Shown piece after piece: positions 61,794 to 64,000 of a stretch of DNA of 64,000 nucleotides (the first letter of the stretch is position 1; each line of letters begins with the position of its first letter). The notes beneath the pieces were generated by a model. The model was not told where the DNA came from. It saw only the letters and a program-made list of their open reading frames with translations, and made no database searches. Source of the DNA: Picochlorum sp. SENEW3 (taxonomy: Eukaryota); contig CP120454.1 of NCBI GenBank assembly GCA_034226945.1, positions 186,001 through 250,000 of the forward strand. Reading direction: 5' to 3'. Made by a program: the position numbers and the translations under genes.

Positions 61794-62282
61794 TGTACCT
61801 CAATGTATGCCCATGTTTACCCATTAAATATCAACTTCATCCTAGAATGTACACTTTTTGTTACTCATATAGACTGATGGTATGGTGTTTCGGACAAAAG
61901 GATAGATGTAGTGTTCATCCTAGAAGGGTTTCTGACACGTGTTGGGAAGCCAAGGTCCCATCAGGTGAGGGTGTTAATGGGAAGCATGGCCACAGAGGAT
62001 GCAGCCCAAACGTGTGGGTTTCGACAAGAGTTCACACGCACTTCCTGATCTGTTTCTCTCATGAGGACGGACAGAAAAACCCTTGAATCATTCATATGGT
62101 ATAGTTATATCATTCAGGGTTTTGATTTGACATATTGCTAGATGCAGCGTATAAAATTTCCCCCATTTGGAAGAAGAAGAAGAAGAAGAAGTTCCAAGGT
62201 CTGCTCACAGTAGGCTTTTCTGGCATCCGGAACGTATTTTGACACGAGTGAGATTCTTGATACATGTTACTTTGTTGCCTCG

Positions 62283-64000
62283 ATGAGTGGGAATGCAGTA
62301 GACAGCGTGCTTCAGAAGCTCAAACACCAACTGGTCGTTGGGGGTGACACTCGTTCAACTCGTACCATGCATCACGCATCAGAGGGTGCTGAGGGCCAAG
62401 GTAGCATACCTACTACGCTACATTTGGGTCATTCAGGCTTGAGTAAGGGTTATCGGAGGGACCATAAGCATATTGTGAGGTTTCTTGTCATGAAGATGAG
62501 TTGGAGGGGGCTGTACCGGAGAATCATGACGGTCACTCGCGACGTGGACAATTCTGTCCTCTTGGAGACATATCATCCCGAAACTGGGGCTTTGACAAAC
62601 TCATGGCCTCTGACTCAAGATGTGGTAGGCTTGTCGATAGGTGGTGAGCATCCCCATGAAGGTGGGATATTTATGTTGACTGTACGGAAGGGTGGTGGGA
62701 CAAAAGAGGTGAAGTTTGCGTGTCAGGAACGAGCTGGTCTCGTAGAAGTATTATATTCTGTCATGTATCGATACGTTAGTGTGGCTGGGAATGTGGCATT
62801 TGTTCCTCCATCTGAAGTCCTTCATGCCTACAAGATCTCGAAGAAGACACAGCAATGGAAGAAGGTTTTGCTTCGAATGAGTGCAATCGGATTAGACCAG
62901 ATTGATGATAGGACGAAAGAAGTGACGTGGAGATGGCGGTTCTTGCACGTCTCTAAACCAGGGATTCGGTTGCTTGGAAGGGGGAACACGTCCTGTCCCC
63001 CTGGTCATCAGGTGCTTGCTTTGTTTAGTGCTACTGGGAAGTCGCCTCGTATTTTCGCCTTCAAGAATAGACAAGAATTTTGCTCCTCAGTTTCTAGTGT
63101 TGCTGTGAAATGCATGGGCATAGAGTTGGAGATTGACCATACAACGGAAGGGTTGGATCCAGAGGACTTGTTCACAGGACTTGCTACTGCAGAGAATGAA
63201 AAGGCCCTTGCCTCGGGAGAATCCCCATTATCCGAGTGGGATGTTCTAAAAGTGAAGTTGAAAGATGATGAATCTTTCATCTCTGGAAAAGATCATAAGG
63301 TCGCTCCTCGCCGATTGATACTCACCCGGCAGTCATTCATGGAGCGAAATTCAGACAATTATGATATTTGTGAATGGAGATCGCTGTCATCGATAGCTTG
63401 TCTGATACGGTATGCACAAGATCCTCAATGGATTGGAATTGAATGGGGTGATGGATCAGAAAGGGATGTGTTCATCACAAAGGAGAGGGAAGCCCTCTTG
63501 ACATCCCTCGTGTACACAGCCCAGCAGAGTGCAAAGCGGCCAATCGAAGTTTTGCCATTCACTGTTGGATCAGGGCATCCTCTAATTCGTATGCATTATC
63601 ATCCGGTTGGGTCTCCGGCTATTTTTCATGACACGGTCACGGAATTGATTTCCCTGCACATGCTTCAAGATGCATGCAACAAGTTCATTCAGTCGGGTGG
63701 CACTAATCTATCATTGGAAGCTCTTGCCCTTGCTGCTCTGGAAGCTTCCCCTGATTGCCCACTTGAGATGACACAAAATGATCATGAAGTTTCTACGATG
63801 GTCATTGGGCAACTTGAACAGCGGATTCTAGAATTCAATGCCAGTGTTCCGTACTTTGGCCTTGCTCGAGGTATGCCTTTTTATGTACATCTTCCTGGGG
63901 CAAAAATATTTCTTCACTAATATCCTTTGTTTGTAGAGAGTGTCGTTGAGCACTATGTAGTTGATACACTTCTGAGTTTGCTTCCCAAACCGACGATGGG
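62283..64000 (+). CDS. GRV2: RME-8/GRV2 (DNAJC13) endosomal protein, N-terminal part
   Basis: FLVMKMSWRGLYRRI, LTNSW, KFACQERA, RRLILT...ER and EFNASVPY. Intron 63871-63936; runs off the window. Confidence 0.85.

Overview
This is a gene-dense eukaryotic nuclear window, about 43 protein-coding genes in 64 kb. Introns are short GT-AG introns (mostly 64-120 nt), TGTAA poly(A) signals are common, and many proteins carry apparent plastid or mitochondrial targeting extensions. This fits a compact-genome green alga; a Picochlorum-like trebouxiophyte is my inference. Most genes are housekeeping: ATG10, YIP1, dapB, tatA, SKP1, NAF1, gyrB, PP1 inhibitor-2, importin-alpha-like, SPP, SEC61B, NDUFV1, CYC1, mitochondrial G3PDH, mL46, SEC13, ADPRM, ABCD2, TK, TIM8, an XB3-like ligase, PGM48, ispF and RME-8. 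The most notable items are: (1) a tandem pair of secreted His-brace LPMO-like genes, one with a CBM14 chitin-binding module, beside a kinase-less LRR/Pro-rich receptor; (2) a 4E-T/GIGYF-like repressor whose eIF4E-binding motif appears only after splicing; (3) a UNR/CSDE1-like protein with SUZ-C-like and PAM2-like motifs; (4) secreted GIN-domain, S41-peptidase-like and defensin-like proteins; (5) same-strand gene pairs only 30-38 nt apart, possibly bicistronic or overlapping units. I recognised no tRNA, rRNA, CRISPR array or transposon. Splice models and family calls were made by eye, with no database search.
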